Shown in pieces: positions 35,113 through 48,060 of a stretch of DNA of 60,388 bases. Source of the stretch: Octopus bimaculoides (lineage: Eukaryota); the NCBI RefSeq assembly GCF_001194135.2, contig NC_068989.1:9294396-9354783 (forward strand), in the 5' to 3' direction. The notes beneath the pieces are model-generated. The model saw nothing but the letters and a program-made list of their open reading frames with translations, was not told where the DNA came from and did not search any database. Each line of letters starts with the position of its first letter. Position 1 is the stretch's first letter. Position numbers and translations under genes: made by a program.

Positions 35113-36968
35113 TATATGTATACACATAATGACATGAGAATCAGCTTTTGATTCTCTGCACATCCTAAATTTCATTAATCAATCTCTCGATATGTTTATA
35201 AGTAGAGAAGAAAAGCATTTTAACAAAGAAATAACCCAGTTTTATCTATCTAGAATTATGTGTGTAATGTGTCCGTGTGTCCGAGAGAATGGGAAACCAT
35301 GATAGATAATTCCGCTAGCAGTTCACACTTAACTGAATGTTGGCAGAAATTTTTGACCATTAACTCAAGATAACACAGAGCAAATTACATTGTAGACACG
35401 GAATTGTGCACCCAGCTTCTTTAATAACAACAGAGCAGAGACTGGCTATTAATAGACAGAGGGTTCTGGAAACAGAAAATATCTTATCTTCTATTTCATC
35501 TCTCGTTTATGTGTCCGTGTGATTTTCTTTTATTCTTTCGTTCTCTTCGATTCATCATATTTCTTGACTGGTTAATTTTGAATTCGTGGTTAATTATGCA
35601 TTTGCTTTTTGTTTTACTTCGAATTGTAAATGAAGTAATAAGAATATATTGGACGAAGAGTTTGATCATGAAAATACAAATTCGTCCAACAAATGGATTC
35701 TATACCTGAGGAGTTGATGTTGTCGTGAATTGTAGCATCGTTGTTGTTGTTGTTGGCTGATCTGAGGTGATGACTAGTTGAGTTGCTGTAAGAAAATGTA
35801 TTTCTGGGGCCACGTGGTGACTACAACCGCGAACAATTAACAGAAGATTTATAACAGGATATTTTAACTGTCTTGGTCTTTTACAAATACTAACAGTAAA
35901 AGTTACATAGTGGGAGAGACATACTGCTTGGAGTTTACAACAAGCCTACTGATACAGCAATCCTTGGCTTGCCTATTACAAGTGGAAAATAATTGCGCTA
36001 TATTCGTGGTGACAAAACATTCATGTCTACAATTGGCCATCTGTCTTAACAAGCTGGACGTGGCGAAATGGAGACACAAAGGGCAGCTGCCCCAGCATTC
36101 TACAATTAAAACCAAAAACAGTACTTTTATAGGACACAAGAAGATTCTAGAAGATTGAATCACGTGATGGTTTGACGCTGATTAGTTGCTGGATAGACCG
36201 ACCACGTGAAACAACTGTGTTTGATCGTGATGTCTGACAGGCTACTTGATTCGTTATCGAATCATGCTACAATATTTTTGCGGTATTAGTTTAATAATAC
36301 AGATGCAATGTATCGCTACACATATTATATAGTAATAATATAGCATAACTCTTCTCATCAACTGTTGATGAAACAATTGTAAAATAATGTAACAAAACGA
36401 ATTGCTCATTCCAGTCTCTTTGTTAGTGATGATATAAATTCTACGGATATTCACGGTTATTTATTTATTTATTTATTTATTTATATATTAAATATATCAG
36501 CAGTAAAACTATCGATTTCCGTTTTATACTTGTACCCGATAGCCAGTACCCGTGTACAAGCTTAAAGCAAGTTCCAATGTTACAACCTGAATGAAACATA
36601 TTAGGTATACGCGCGCGCGCACGTATTATACTTTTACAAGACGAATGATGACAGTCACTTCGAAGTTTCAGCCACGTGTTTTTCGACTGACTGTCTATAC
36701 ATACATAGATATATCCATCCATCCATCCGTCCGTCCATCCATCCATCCATCCATACATACATACATAAATACATACATACGTACATACATACATAAATAC
36801 ATACATATATGCACACACATACATATATATATATTTATACAGACACGTACATATACGTATTCATATATGTATGTACATGTGTTTTTTGCGAATGTGTGTG
36901 TACATAGGTGTATGTTTATATACATGTATTATGTATTCCTATATTTTTGTGCGTGTGTGTCTGTGCGA

Positions 36969-37064
<96 letters not shown>

Positions 37065-37086
37065 ATGCGTGTAAATATATGTATGC

Positions 37087-37144
<58 letters not shown>

Positions 37145-37799
37145 CGTAGGTCGTTACCCTATATATCAGTAAAAATTCGCAATCCATCAATACACACACA
37201 CAACACATCTGTCTTTAGAATTAGAAACCGATTCTAACACACTCTAATACATCGCAATAAGCCCGAGGCTACATCTTTTCTAATTGCATTAATATATATG
37301 TGTGTGTGTGTAGGCGTGTGTGTGTGTGTATGTATATACATATTCTTATTTTATTTTTCCTTGCTATTTGCATCTAAATAATTGTATGACGTGCAGATAG
37401 GCAGCAGAGGTGTGAAATTCAAGGTAATATTTCTGTGAAGGATTGTCTTTTGTAGACATTCTGGTGCCAGCTTTGACAGTATTTCTTCATTTGATTTGGC
37501 TTCCACACCAGAACTGCGACATCAATTTCGCATATGAGTCTACAATTTTGTTCACACACACTCAGCTATAAATGCATATAGATAGATAGATACATACATA
37601 CATACATACATATACATACATATATATTTATTCTTTTATTCTTTTACCTGTTTCAGTCATTTGACTGTGGCCATGCAGCAGCTTCTCATTTTTATACACC
37701 TAAAATAAATGTGTCTGTGTGTGTGTGTGGTTGGGTCTTTAATAGCCAGGAGTTAATTTCAGTTCAATCATAGAAAGGAATTCAAATACCTATCAGCCA

Positions 37800-37862
<63 letters not shown>

Positions 37863-38749
37863 CCTTGCTCGACAAACGCGTTAGTTTTAAGTATCTTAAT
37901 TTTTCGTTAAGCTTGTTGCTGCTTCGGTGGCCCAGTAGGCATGGGTGTTGAGAAGTAGTAATACAACACATATGTGGTGATTTCAAATCTCCTCCAGAAA
38001 TTACAAGGGATCTAATTAAAAATTTTTTTATTTAAGCAACAAATTTCTTTCAGCACTTTCTTTCTCTTGAGCGTGACACACGCGTCAGGTACGTACAAAA
38101 GACAACTTGGTGTATTAATACTATTGATAATGATGATAATAATATAATATATAAATAACTTCAGGCACAAAAATACAAGAATATGGATGAACAAAAAAAT
38201 ATTGGTATGATGGTATGAGGAAAATGTCAGAGCTTTTCATTCAAAGTTTTCTTTGGGCCACACGACCTTATCTACGAATTTTATGGTTAAAAAAAATATT
38301 TGAGTAAAATTAAAAGTACCCAGCCCTTGCAATCTTTGAGGTTAAATAATAAAGGAATAGTCAGCTTTATTACTCGCATTTATCAACAGGGATAAATCAT
38401 TATGTGCAACGATTAAGCACGTCTGTTATCCAAGCCGTTATTTAGGACAGATCGTTATCTATTCATAAAACGCTCTGAGAAGAAACATTTTCTGTGGCAT
38501 AAGAAAAATCGCTGATGCCATATCACTGAAGCAGCTAACGATCGTTTAACGTTATTGTTTGGCGGTAATGCAAGGTGAGGCTATTGTACGTTAAGACCCG
38601 TGTTTGCGCATCTTTCTGAGAATCTATAGGCACTTAAAGGTTCCTTAATAGCTAAACTTCCAGTCAAATGGAAAAACAAGTTATAATGCTTCGGTTACTG
38701 GTTCGTGGTTTGAAGATGGTTTACATATTACTTCACCTGATTCCGCTGT

Positions 38750-39085
38750 ATGCTTAAGAAGTTCGTTTTACAACACCGTGATTTTGGGTTCAGTCCTCCT
38801 GCGTGACAGCCACTATAACCCAGTGCTGACCGATACATTGTGAGTGAATTCGGCATACGGAAACTGTGTGGAAGCCCATCGTGTACGTGTATGAATGTGT
38901 GTATGTGTCTTAGTGTCTGTGCTTGTCCCCTTAGCAGTTCCGAAAAGAGACCGATTGAATAAGTGCTAGACTTCGAAAAAAAAAAAAGAAAATTATAAAT
39001 ACTGGAATAAATTCGTTCAGCTAAAGCTACTCAAGGCGTCGCCCCAGCATGGCCGCAATTCAGTGATTGAAACAAATCAAAGATA
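38750..39085 (+). mobile_element. SINE family B, old and internally deleted
   Basis: GGGTTCAGTCC...CACTATAACC...GGAAACTGTGTGGAAGCCC...CCCCAGCATGGCCGCAATTCAGTGATTGAAACAA. Confidence 0.8.
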
Positions 39086-39299
39086 AATGATATTGATCAT
39101 AAGATCATACACCTTTCCATCAACAAACTCCACGGCGTCGTTTAAGTGTTATATGAACGTTTGTGCTGAAAATACAACGTCGCCTTTGCAAGCAACAGCC
39201 CGAGACGTCACTGCAACAGTTAAATCATATTGTCTTCGGCAGACATCTTCTCAGTTAACAAATGCTGCTGATAAGGAAGGAAGTCCAGCATTTAAAGAA

Positions 39300-39560
39300 T
39301 TAGCTGTGTGGTAAGAAATCTGATTCCCAACCACATGGTTCCGGGATCAGTACCACTACGTGGCACCTTGGGCAAGTTTCTTCAATTGAAGCCTCAATCC
39401 GACCAAAGCCTTGTGAGTGGATTTGGTACACGGAAACTGAAAGAGGCCTGCCATATATATATATATATATATATATATTTGTGCGCGTATGTGTGGAGGT
39501 GCCTGCGTTTTTGTGTCTGTGTTTGTCCACCACCACCACCACCACCGCTTGATAACCGGA
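39300..39560 (+). mobile_element. SINE family B, 5' two-thirds
   Basis: GCTGTGTGGTAAG...GTGGCACCTTGGGCAAGT...CCGCTTGATAACCG. Confidence 0.88.
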
Positions 39561-39589
39561 TTGCTTTTATAGAAACGTTGATCATTTAC

Positions 39590-40002
39590 TTGTTCTGAGA
39601 CCATTTCCCTGCAATGGATCCTCCTTCCTCGTCCTAATGCTTTTCGCTCTTCCTAATACTATTTGGCTTTATTTTAATGGTTGAGTTTACTTATCTTTTC
39701 AGAGACATTTCATATTTCTTAACGTATTTTCTCCCGTTCGTGCCCACAACACCAACGACTTGTTAACGTCTGCTATTGGGGACGTTATGGGCAACGTAAA
39801 TAAATATCACTTGATCAGAGCATTTGGTCGTTTTAGAAGCCGTGTCGAGACAGTAATAGAGGCTGATGAAGGTTTTATTGAATAACCTCTTGCTATGTTT
39901 ATGTGAGAATATATATACCAAGTTCTATAAAAATATATTGGCTTGTTTCTTGTTTTCCTTAAATTGAAAGTTTGTTGTCAAATACCTGCCACCCCTTGTG
40001 TA
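39590..40002 (+). mobile_element. Tc1/mariner (maT-like) transposase 3' relic with probable right end
   Basis: AHNTNDLLTSAIGDVMGNVNKYHLIRAFGRFRSRVETVIEADEGFIE* (39742-39885) matches the HN....L...I......RAC..FR.R.E.VI.A.GG.IE C-terminus. It ends ...CCACCCCTTGTG|TA. Confidence 0.8.
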
Positions 40003-42189
40003 TAAATCGTAAACTCTTCTGTCAAAGATGATAAGTGAAGGTTCTGCAATTTCTTGTTGAATAATCTGCACATATAACTTGTTTATCGGGATCAAATGTT
40101 TGTGCTGTATATTAACTCACTCTCGCCATCAAATCAACATTGCTTCGGTGTGCCATGCCTCAGGTGTCGAAGTGATTGCAGAGCAGAGCTTAAGCAAACG
40201 TATAAAAATGAATAAATGAAATAAGAAATATAGCTACAATCAAGAACAGGAACTATGCCACTGATGAGGATTGCACAAATTTCAGCTTATGATATTTTGT
40301 GATTTCCCATAACATACAGTATTAAGTTTAAAATTTTTCGAAAGACACACGTTACTTAACCCAATGTTCATTTAATTACAGAAAAGTAGGACTAGCAACG
40401 AAAAGCTTTTGCAATCATTATCAGAAAGTGTTTCATTTGGTTAAATGTGTCATTATCGAAAATTATAGCAACAAAATGGTCTGGTGTCTAAAGTATGGAA
40501 TTTCCAACTCATGAGGGGTTATTTGGTGAGGGATGACTGGGAGTAGATTTTTGTATAGGCAAAACACTTGATTCTATATATTTTTCAGTTCACCTAGCTG
40601 TAGCGGATAGTAATTAAGTTTTATTTATTTTTTGTTGTTGAAATTTCCTTGTATTGAACAAGCATTCACCCAAGAGGGTATATTTATCTCCCTCATTTGT
40701 TTAATGCTGCAAAACGAGAGATAAACATCAGTTCTGTTGGATCCCTGTGATTCATGAAATAATTAACAAACTTCAACAATCCATGCCCTTACTTTGACGA
40801 AAACCATGCACTGGTTTTGTTGTGAAGTGGTTTCTATCGACTCTGAGTGTCATCGGCAAGTGATTGAAAGGCCGAGTGAATCATTCATTGGCACGCATGA
40901 GTCTATCTCGTCTGTTTGGGTTTCATTGCAGCAGATGAATTCAACGATTGGATTCACTCTTCCGAAATATTACAACAAAATCATTCCCATGAAATATCGA
41001 GAATTAGTATTTATTAGAACAAAACAAAATAGAATGAAAAGGAAATATAAAAAGAAATAACAAAAGATAAACAAAACGGCAAACAATACAAAGGGGAAAA
41101 AAAATGAAATAATATAAACATGAAAATAATGAAAATATGATGAAAACGGCAAAGAAAAAAAGAGACAATTTCATTTCCCTGTAATTTGAAACGAGAAAAC
41201 TATTAATAATTTGCGTCAACTTTATTTAAAAAAGGGAAGAAAAAATACTGAATCAAAACATTAAGGGTGGTGTTTTCAAAAGATATTTTAAATTATCTCG
41301 GCAATGCCATTCCCAAATATGTCATTTCATGGATCATCTAACGAGAACGCCATCACTGAAATAATGGAAAGTGAGATAACAAAACACACAGGAACAAAAA
41401 AAGTTTAAAAATATAAAATGTTGAAGGGAATTAAACGATTAAATACAGAAAGAAGGGGGAATAGAGAGAGGAAGAGAAAGATTGGGAGAGAAAAAGTGAG
41501 AGAGAGAGAGAGAGAGAGAGAGAGCATGAAATTAAAAGAAAATAGTGTCAGGAAGAAACTCCATTGTATTATTTGAGTGGATACAATCAAATGATGAAAG
41601 AACACTTGAATCAGATGTGAGACATACTAAATTGATGTTGTTATTGATGAACAAAAGAGAAGAAAAGGAGATATTGAAGGGGGAATGTTGAAGGAGAGAA
41701 AGGAAGAGTGACAAAGAGAGAGAGAGAGACGGGGAAACAAGGATAACAAGAGAGACTGGAAGGTATGAAAGTTAAAATAGATAGACAGACAAATAGAGAA
41801 AGGAAGAGTCGAAGACAAAGGGAGAAATAGAATGAAAAATGAGATATGGAGAACGTGAGAAAGAGAGAGAGAAACAGAGAGACAGAGAGAAAGTAAGAAA
41901 GAATTGGAGTAACAGAGAGGAAAGAATAAGTGTAGAAAGAAAGAGAAAAAGATGAGAGGAAAAGAAAAAATTCGAGAGAGAAAACTAGAGCGAGCGATGG
42001 GTTTGGAAGAGAATGGTGGGGAAGAAAAAAAATAACGTTGAAACTGAAATAATCATTTTGATTAGAAATATCATAGAAGCATGGAGAGAAAATCTGTGTG
42101 TGTATGTGTGTGACAGGGATGCGCGAGGGTGCGATTGTGGTCGTCTGCGCGAAATTTTTTTTAATGCTTTGGTGTTAGTGTGTATGCTT

Positions 42190-42277
42190 CTTTTATTTCT
42201 TCTACTTGTTTTTAACTAGACTGCGGTCATACTGGAGCACCGCCTAGCAGCAGCAGCAGAAGAAGAAGAAGCAGAAG

Positions 42278-42308
<31 letters not shown>

Positions 42309-42567
42309 TTAGTCAGACGAATCAACCCCATTACGTATTTATTTTTTAAGTCTGGCACTTATTCTATCGGTATTTTTTGCCGAACCGCTAGATTATGAGG
42401 ACGTAAACACACCAATACCGGTTGTCAAGTGGTGATGGAGACAAACACACACATATACGCATATACAAAGGACTTCTACACAGTTTCCCCTCTACCAAAT
42501 CCACTCTCAAGGCTTTGGTCGACCCGAGGCTATAACAGAAGACACTTGCCCAAGATGCCATGCAGTG
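42190..42567 (-). mobile_element. SINE family B lacking its head, with an embedded (GAA)n
   Basis: CTGCGGTCATACTGGAGCACCGCC...GCCGAACCGCTA...GACACTTGCCCAAGATGCCATGCAGTG. Confidence 0.85.
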
Positions 42568-42616
42568 TTTATGGTTATTTATATATTGATTCGTATCATG
42601 CTAGCATATACATAAA

Positions 42617-42975
42617 ACTGGTACTCCGTCGCTTACGACGATGAGGGTTCCATTTGATCTGATCAACGGAACAGCTTACTCGTGAGTTTAATGTGCAAGT
42701 GGCTGAGCAGCGTGGAATAAAGTGCCTTGTTCAAGGACACACTCCACAGGTACGTGTACCCCTTCACATACTTCTGAAAGAGATTCAGCGTAACACAGAG
42801 TGTGATAAGGCTGGCCCCTTGAAATACAGGTACTACTCATTTTTGCCGGCTGAGTGGACGGAAGCAGCGTGAAATAAAGTGTCTTGCTCAAGGACACAAC
42901 GCGCCGCCGGCCGGGAATCGAACTCGCGACCCTACGATCGCGAGTCGAACACCCTAACCACTAAGCCACGCGCAT
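42617..42975 (-). mobile_element. tRNA-derived SINE, family C, full length
   Basis: Minus strand GCGCGTGGCTTAGTGGTTAGG (A box)...GAGTTCGATTCCC (B box), then GTTGTGTCCTTGAGCAAGACACT and CCACTCAGCCGGCAAAAATGAGTA (V/Deu-Nin-like central motifs, not verified). Confidence 0.88.
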
Positions 42976-43379
42976 TCACATACATACATACATGATGATG
43001 ATGATGATGATGATGATGGTTGTCTCATCTTGTCAGATGGTAGACTTTTCACATTCAGCTTGATGGCTCTGATTTACTTTCATCCTTGCATAATTGCAGA
43101 TGTTCCATTGCCATAGGACTGTTTTAAAATGCAAAACAGATTAAGAAGTGAAACGATAGCGAGACATCTCCGTACGTCATCGGATTTAAGTCAGAAAAGC
43201 TTCTGCAACGATTTTCCGACACTCACGGTCACCATAGTAAGGTTCCAGTGAAAATTCATTGCCAGACGGCTGGTACTATTTTGACTTCAAGATTTTATGT
43301 CACAGTATCTTTTTGCTAGAAGAGCTACCTTCCCCCACGGTTTTGTCAGCTCAGCCCCTGGGAAAACTACTTAACCCAT

Positions 43380-43510
43380 ATATGTGACCCTGTCAGATCT
43401 GGATAAACTGGGATTTTCAGAAAGAGAAATTGACCGGCTGATTCGTACATTACAAGTCCAATCTGTGAGTGGAACAGTAGAAATATGCAGGACTTTTCTC
43501 AAGTCTGTGT
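43380..43510 (+). mobile_element. C-terminal fragment of an RLE-type non-LTR retrotransposon
   Basis: LDKLGFSEREIDRLIRTLQVQSVSGTVEICRTFL resembles the post-endonuclease tail L..LGF...E...L...LQ..S..GT..I..TF of R4/NeSL-like elements. Confidence 0.5.
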
Positions 43511-43614
43511 TAACTACATCCCTAAGATGGAGCCTTGTATCTTTGTTGGAAACCAGCTCCCTCCTCAGTGGAAGATTTATAATTATTAAAAAATAGAAGA
43601 GAAATACCTATGCA

Positions 43615-43675
<61 letters not shown>

Positions 43676-43949
43676 CCCTATTTGGTAGGTTTCCATATTA
43701 AATCCTTTCTCCTGAAAACTCTGAACAATCTACTAGGATTAGCGACATTGATGTTAGAATATCCACCAATACTGGAAAGTCACTTAATATCATTTTGACT
43801 CCTACAGAGCCAACGAAAAGGTGGCCCGCAGTTCGTCATGTCTCTGGGGAGCTAAGACGGAGCTGAGGCTGCAGGCTTTGTTGTATTATATATTATGGGC
43901 ACTCTCAAGAACGTACATTTCTCACCTGTACAACGGCCACGCTTTTGTT

Positions 43950-44900
43950 AGATTTTAAGAACTTAATATGATCCTATCCTCACCAAACCACATTCAAATT
44001 CTTATACATTGCATTAGACCTAAAAATAGTGAGATGGAATACCTAATGAGGAGACTGTATATATTCCAGCCACTTCAAGGAACTATAACTAGCAACTTAA
44101 TATCAGTTATAGCAGAAAATCTTCCAATTTATCCCCATATGGAGATATTTTTGACACTACTAAATATTAACGAGGAGTGGTTTTAAAGAAAGGCTGGTGA
44201 ACGTGAAGGATTCCATACTGGAGATGAAAATTAGGAAGCGATTAATATCTCCACAAAATTTATACCTTAATTGGACAACCCTTCCCAAACATACATAAAT
44301 GCCACAATTTTTTTAATGTGCGCAATGTGAAGATTAGTTACTCTTGTCTAGACAGCATCATTTCCAATATTGCATACTATAATATACATCTTACTACAGG
44401 ATTCCCTTATTAACCTACTGCATTATAATCACTTCAATTTCGGTACCTAAAATGGAATCATAAGCTCCTGTGGCACCGGTAACTTTGGAGAGAAGTGCTA
44501 CAAGAGAAGGATGAAGTAAAGTCAAGATGACAACAAAGGATACGAAGAAGTGTTGCAAACAATGCGTAGGACAGTGTATTTATGTATAGTATCAAGAGAC
44601 AAAACAAAGAAAAGAAGCAAATTTCATATATTTTTCATTTCTTTTGCAATGTCCTATCTCTTGACATTAAACACAAACTGTTATGCTTTTTGTGACTCGA
44701 TTCTTCGTATACGTTGTCGTTGTCTTGTCTTTACTGAATTATTCACTTGTAGCATTTTCCTTGAAAAGCTACTAAAATTACTTGTTAGTGACAGCGACCT
44801 CTAGAGACAGCTGATGAAGGAAGAGCCGGTTTTATGTTTTCCTGTATCCAATATATTTTCGTTGTCCTCTCCATTCATATTTTATTCATTTTCAGGTCTA
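43950..44900 (+). mobile_element. Penelope-like element relic
   Basis: GQPFPNIHKCHNFFNVRNVKISYSCLDSIISNIAYYN (44273-44383) matches the PLE KHFP..HK..KIFN...VK(I/V)SYSC..N...I..HN motif. A lone CTGATGA occurs downstream at ~44811. Boundaries are approximate. Confidence 0.72.
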
Positions 44901-45412
44901 ATGTTTATCAAACTTTTATATAGCGCATTCACTTTTACGCCCATTTATCCATGCTGGCATCGGTTTAACGAATGTATTGTTCAGGCTTTCATTTACAGCC
45001 GGATGTGCGAAGCAAGCAGACAATCCTTTCACAAGAGTAATGGCAGCAGTAATACCACTCCTAGTCAACGATTATTTGTTGAGCACAAATGTAAATAAAC
45101 ATTCAGACGCTATATACACATACACACGCACACACATATAAACACACAAAATGTGTAAAATACATTGGACTATGAATGACATCATCGGATCTTTGGACAT
45201 GTGTTTCAGCGTCATTGCATGTGGTCAGCGGCGAATAGCGAATTCGTCATTTATACCCATAAAAGAACGGAGGTTTTTATACATAAGAACACAAATATAC
45301 ACACACCACAGAACAGAGACGTCAGTTCAAACCACCATTTCTCCGGCGATTTCCTGAAGAACGGTTCCTAACCCCTAAATATTGAAATACAAGTTGAAAG
45401 TACAAACCATTG

Positions 45413-45603
45413 ACTGGTACTCCGTCGCTTACGACGATGAGGGTTCCATTTGATCTGATCAACGGAACAGCTTACTCGTGAGTTTAATGTGCAAGTGGCT
45501 GAGCAGCGTGGAATAAAGTGCCTTGTTCAAGGACACACTCCACAGGTACGTGTACCCCTTCACATACTTCTGAAAGAGATTCAGCGTAACACAGAGTGTG
45601 ATA
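45413..45603 (-). mobile_element. SINE family C 3' part, identical to 42617-42807
   Basis: 191 bp identical by eye, including a private internal duplication. Confidence 0.92.
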
Positions 45604-45624
45604 TTGTTTTGAATTAGATAAAAT

Positions 45625-45752
45625 TATATAGGATCGTAAGATTGTGATTTCGATTCTGGGACCGGGCAACGCGTTTTGTTTTTGAGCAAAAGACTTCATT
45701 TAATGTTACCCCAGTCCAATAAGATGGTAAAAATGAGTAACCCTGCGACGGA
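45625..45752 (+). mobile_element. Diverged family-C-related SINE head
   Basis: GATCGTAAGATTGTGATTTCGATTC...GCGTTTTGTTTTTGAGCAAAAGACTT...CCAGTCCAATAAGATGGTAAAAATGAGTA. Confidence 0.7.
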
Positions 45753-46145
45753 ATACATATATTCCTCCAGGGAGGAATAAATATACGTCAGAGAAATCAG
45801 GAAACNNNNNNNNNNNNNNNNNNNNNNNNNNNNNNNNNNNNNNNNNNNNNNNNNNNNNNNNNNNNNNNNNNNNNNNNNNNNNNNNNNNNNNNNNNNNNNN
45901 NNNNNNNNNNNNNNNNNNNNNNNNNNNNNNNNNNNNNNNNNNNNNNNNNNNNNNNNNNNNNNNNNNNNNNNNNNNNNNNNNNNNNNNNNNNNNNNNNNNN
46001 NNNNNNNNNNNNNNNNNNNNNNNNNNNNNNNNNNNNNNNNNNNNNNNNNNNNNNNNNNNNNNNNNNNNNNNNNNNNNNNNNNNNNNNNNNTGGTACAGGG
46101 AAACTGAAAAAAGCCCATCGTGTGTGTATATGTGTGCGTGCGTGC

Positions 46146-46198
<53 letters not shown>

Positions 46199-48022
46199 TG
46201 CATATATATATATATATATAAACGAGTGAGTGGATAAACGAAGGAAGGGCACTCTACACATTTATTGGGAGTTACATGTATGGATCAAAACAGTTTGATC
46301 CAAATTATGTGGAGGTGTTTTGATATTCTTCAGCGAGTACTGTTGTGGTTGTCTCTCCCTTGAAAACTGTTGGTTATGAGAGGAGCTACTCGCGCTTTAG
46401 AAGCGAGGGTGAGGATGATTGGGGGGAGATGTGAGGAGAAGATAAACATAATTGTAAGGAGGTATCTGTGTAGACCACCAATGTACAAGATGAGTGGAAG
46501 TAAATAGGGGAAAAAGAACCTCTAGTGTGGGTAGGCAAAGGCTGGGAGAGGGAAAGGTGGAAAATGAATGGGTGAGGCAGGGACAAAATGAATAAAGAAA
46601 AAGCATTGAGAGAATAATATGTAGGGGAGGTAGGGAAGAGTAGGTGACAACTGTAGGGACTGGATAGGGTCTAAGTGGCAGATGTAAAGAATTGCAGACA
46701 AGGGAGGGGATTGTCAATGTTGCTTGGGAGTGAAGTGTAGCAGAATAGTAATGACGGGACAGTAGACAAGGGACAGATGAGTGAGAAAGAGATATGACAA
46801 GTAGTTGAGTAAAATAACGTAGCCAGGTTCTGAATTTAGGGGGAGCAAGCACATAATGAAAGGCACTGTGACTCTTATCATACAATTTTAAACTCATATC
46901 TCTTATATTACGTGAAATATTTCATTAGGTATAACATGTGATATGGTATTCTGCATTCATTAATTTTGTTTCAGTCACAATGCCATTATGTATGGAACTT
47001 AGAACTACTGATACAGGTGTGATGTGAAAATGATGAAACTCCACAGGATCGTCCAGTGTCAAAGGGTTATGATGCCAGGGTTTCTTTTTGGTTCTTCAGA
47101 TGTCAGCAGCCACCAAAACATCACAGGAGATTGAGCAGATAGTTCAAAAACATGGGAGGTTGATCAACTAAAGTAATGACTCCAGAAAGTTCTTCCAAGA
47201 CCATGCAGTTAACAAAAAACCAAAAGAGATTCAGTTTTTATCGCACAAGAGAATCAACGAGTCTAAAGAAATTGTTGAAAAGGTGCCGATTTTGAAAACA
47301 AGTGCTCTGGGGAGCGGCCATTCCTCTTGCTTCACTATTAACTGTGCCGCTTGTTGGGTAGATTGCAAGATTGGGAAGATACTGGTGTCATTCAAATGGC
47401 ACCCATGCTAGTGGCACGTAAAAGCACTCATTACACTCTTGGAGTGGGTGGCATTAGGAAGGACATCCAGTCATAGAAACCATGCCAAATCAAAATGGAA
47501 TTTGATGCAGACCCTCAACTTAGCAAACGCACACAAACATTGACACTGAATGATGATGATGATATATTTATATATACATATATAATAATGAAGGCATGTA
47601 TACTATGTATGTGTAAATATATATATATATATATATAGGGAGATGCACTTGCATAGCAAGTGACCTGATCTGAGATCGTGTGCTGGAACGAAAACAATTG
47701 CAGCGTGGAAGGTGTTTATAAGCCATATGGCTTAGAAACNNNNNNNNNNNNNNNNNNNNNNNNNNNNNNNNNNNNNNNNNNNNNNNNNNNNNNNNNNNNN
47801 NNNNNNNNNNNNNNNNNNNNNNNNNNNNNNNNNNNNNNNNNNNNNNNNNNNNNNNNNNNNNNNNNNNNNNNNNNNNNNNNNNNNNNNNNNNNNNNNNNNN
47901 NNNNNNNNNNNNNNNNNNNNNNNNNNNNNNNNNNNNNNNNNNNNNNNNNNNNNNNNNNNNNNNNNNNNNNNNNNNNNNNNNNNNNNNNNNNNNNNNNNNN
48001 NNNNNNNNNNNNNNNNNNNNNN

Positions 48023-48060
<38 letters not shown>

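Noticed and set aside
37456-37545. Exon-like HSGASFDSISSFDLASTPELRHQFRI* and its antisense reading
   Set aside because: Both strands look equally plausible, and the nearest upstream donor would give a 32-nt intron.
40255-40360. Other CTGATGA/CTGAAGA cores (40261, 44811, 8167, 26075, 39864)
   Set aside because: None has a stem II followed by GAAA and an NUH triplet. The one at 39864 is simply transposase coding sequence.
42905-42975. tRNA gene (A and B boxes, stem-loops)
   Set aside because: It continues directly into SINE body sequence and has no proper acceptor stem, so it is a SINE head. The same applies to family A and B heads.
46380-46900. 166-aa minus-strand ORF rich in S, P, L and H
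   Set aside because: It arises from a purine-rich low-complexity + strand. A LINE origin is possible but no motif could be confirmed.
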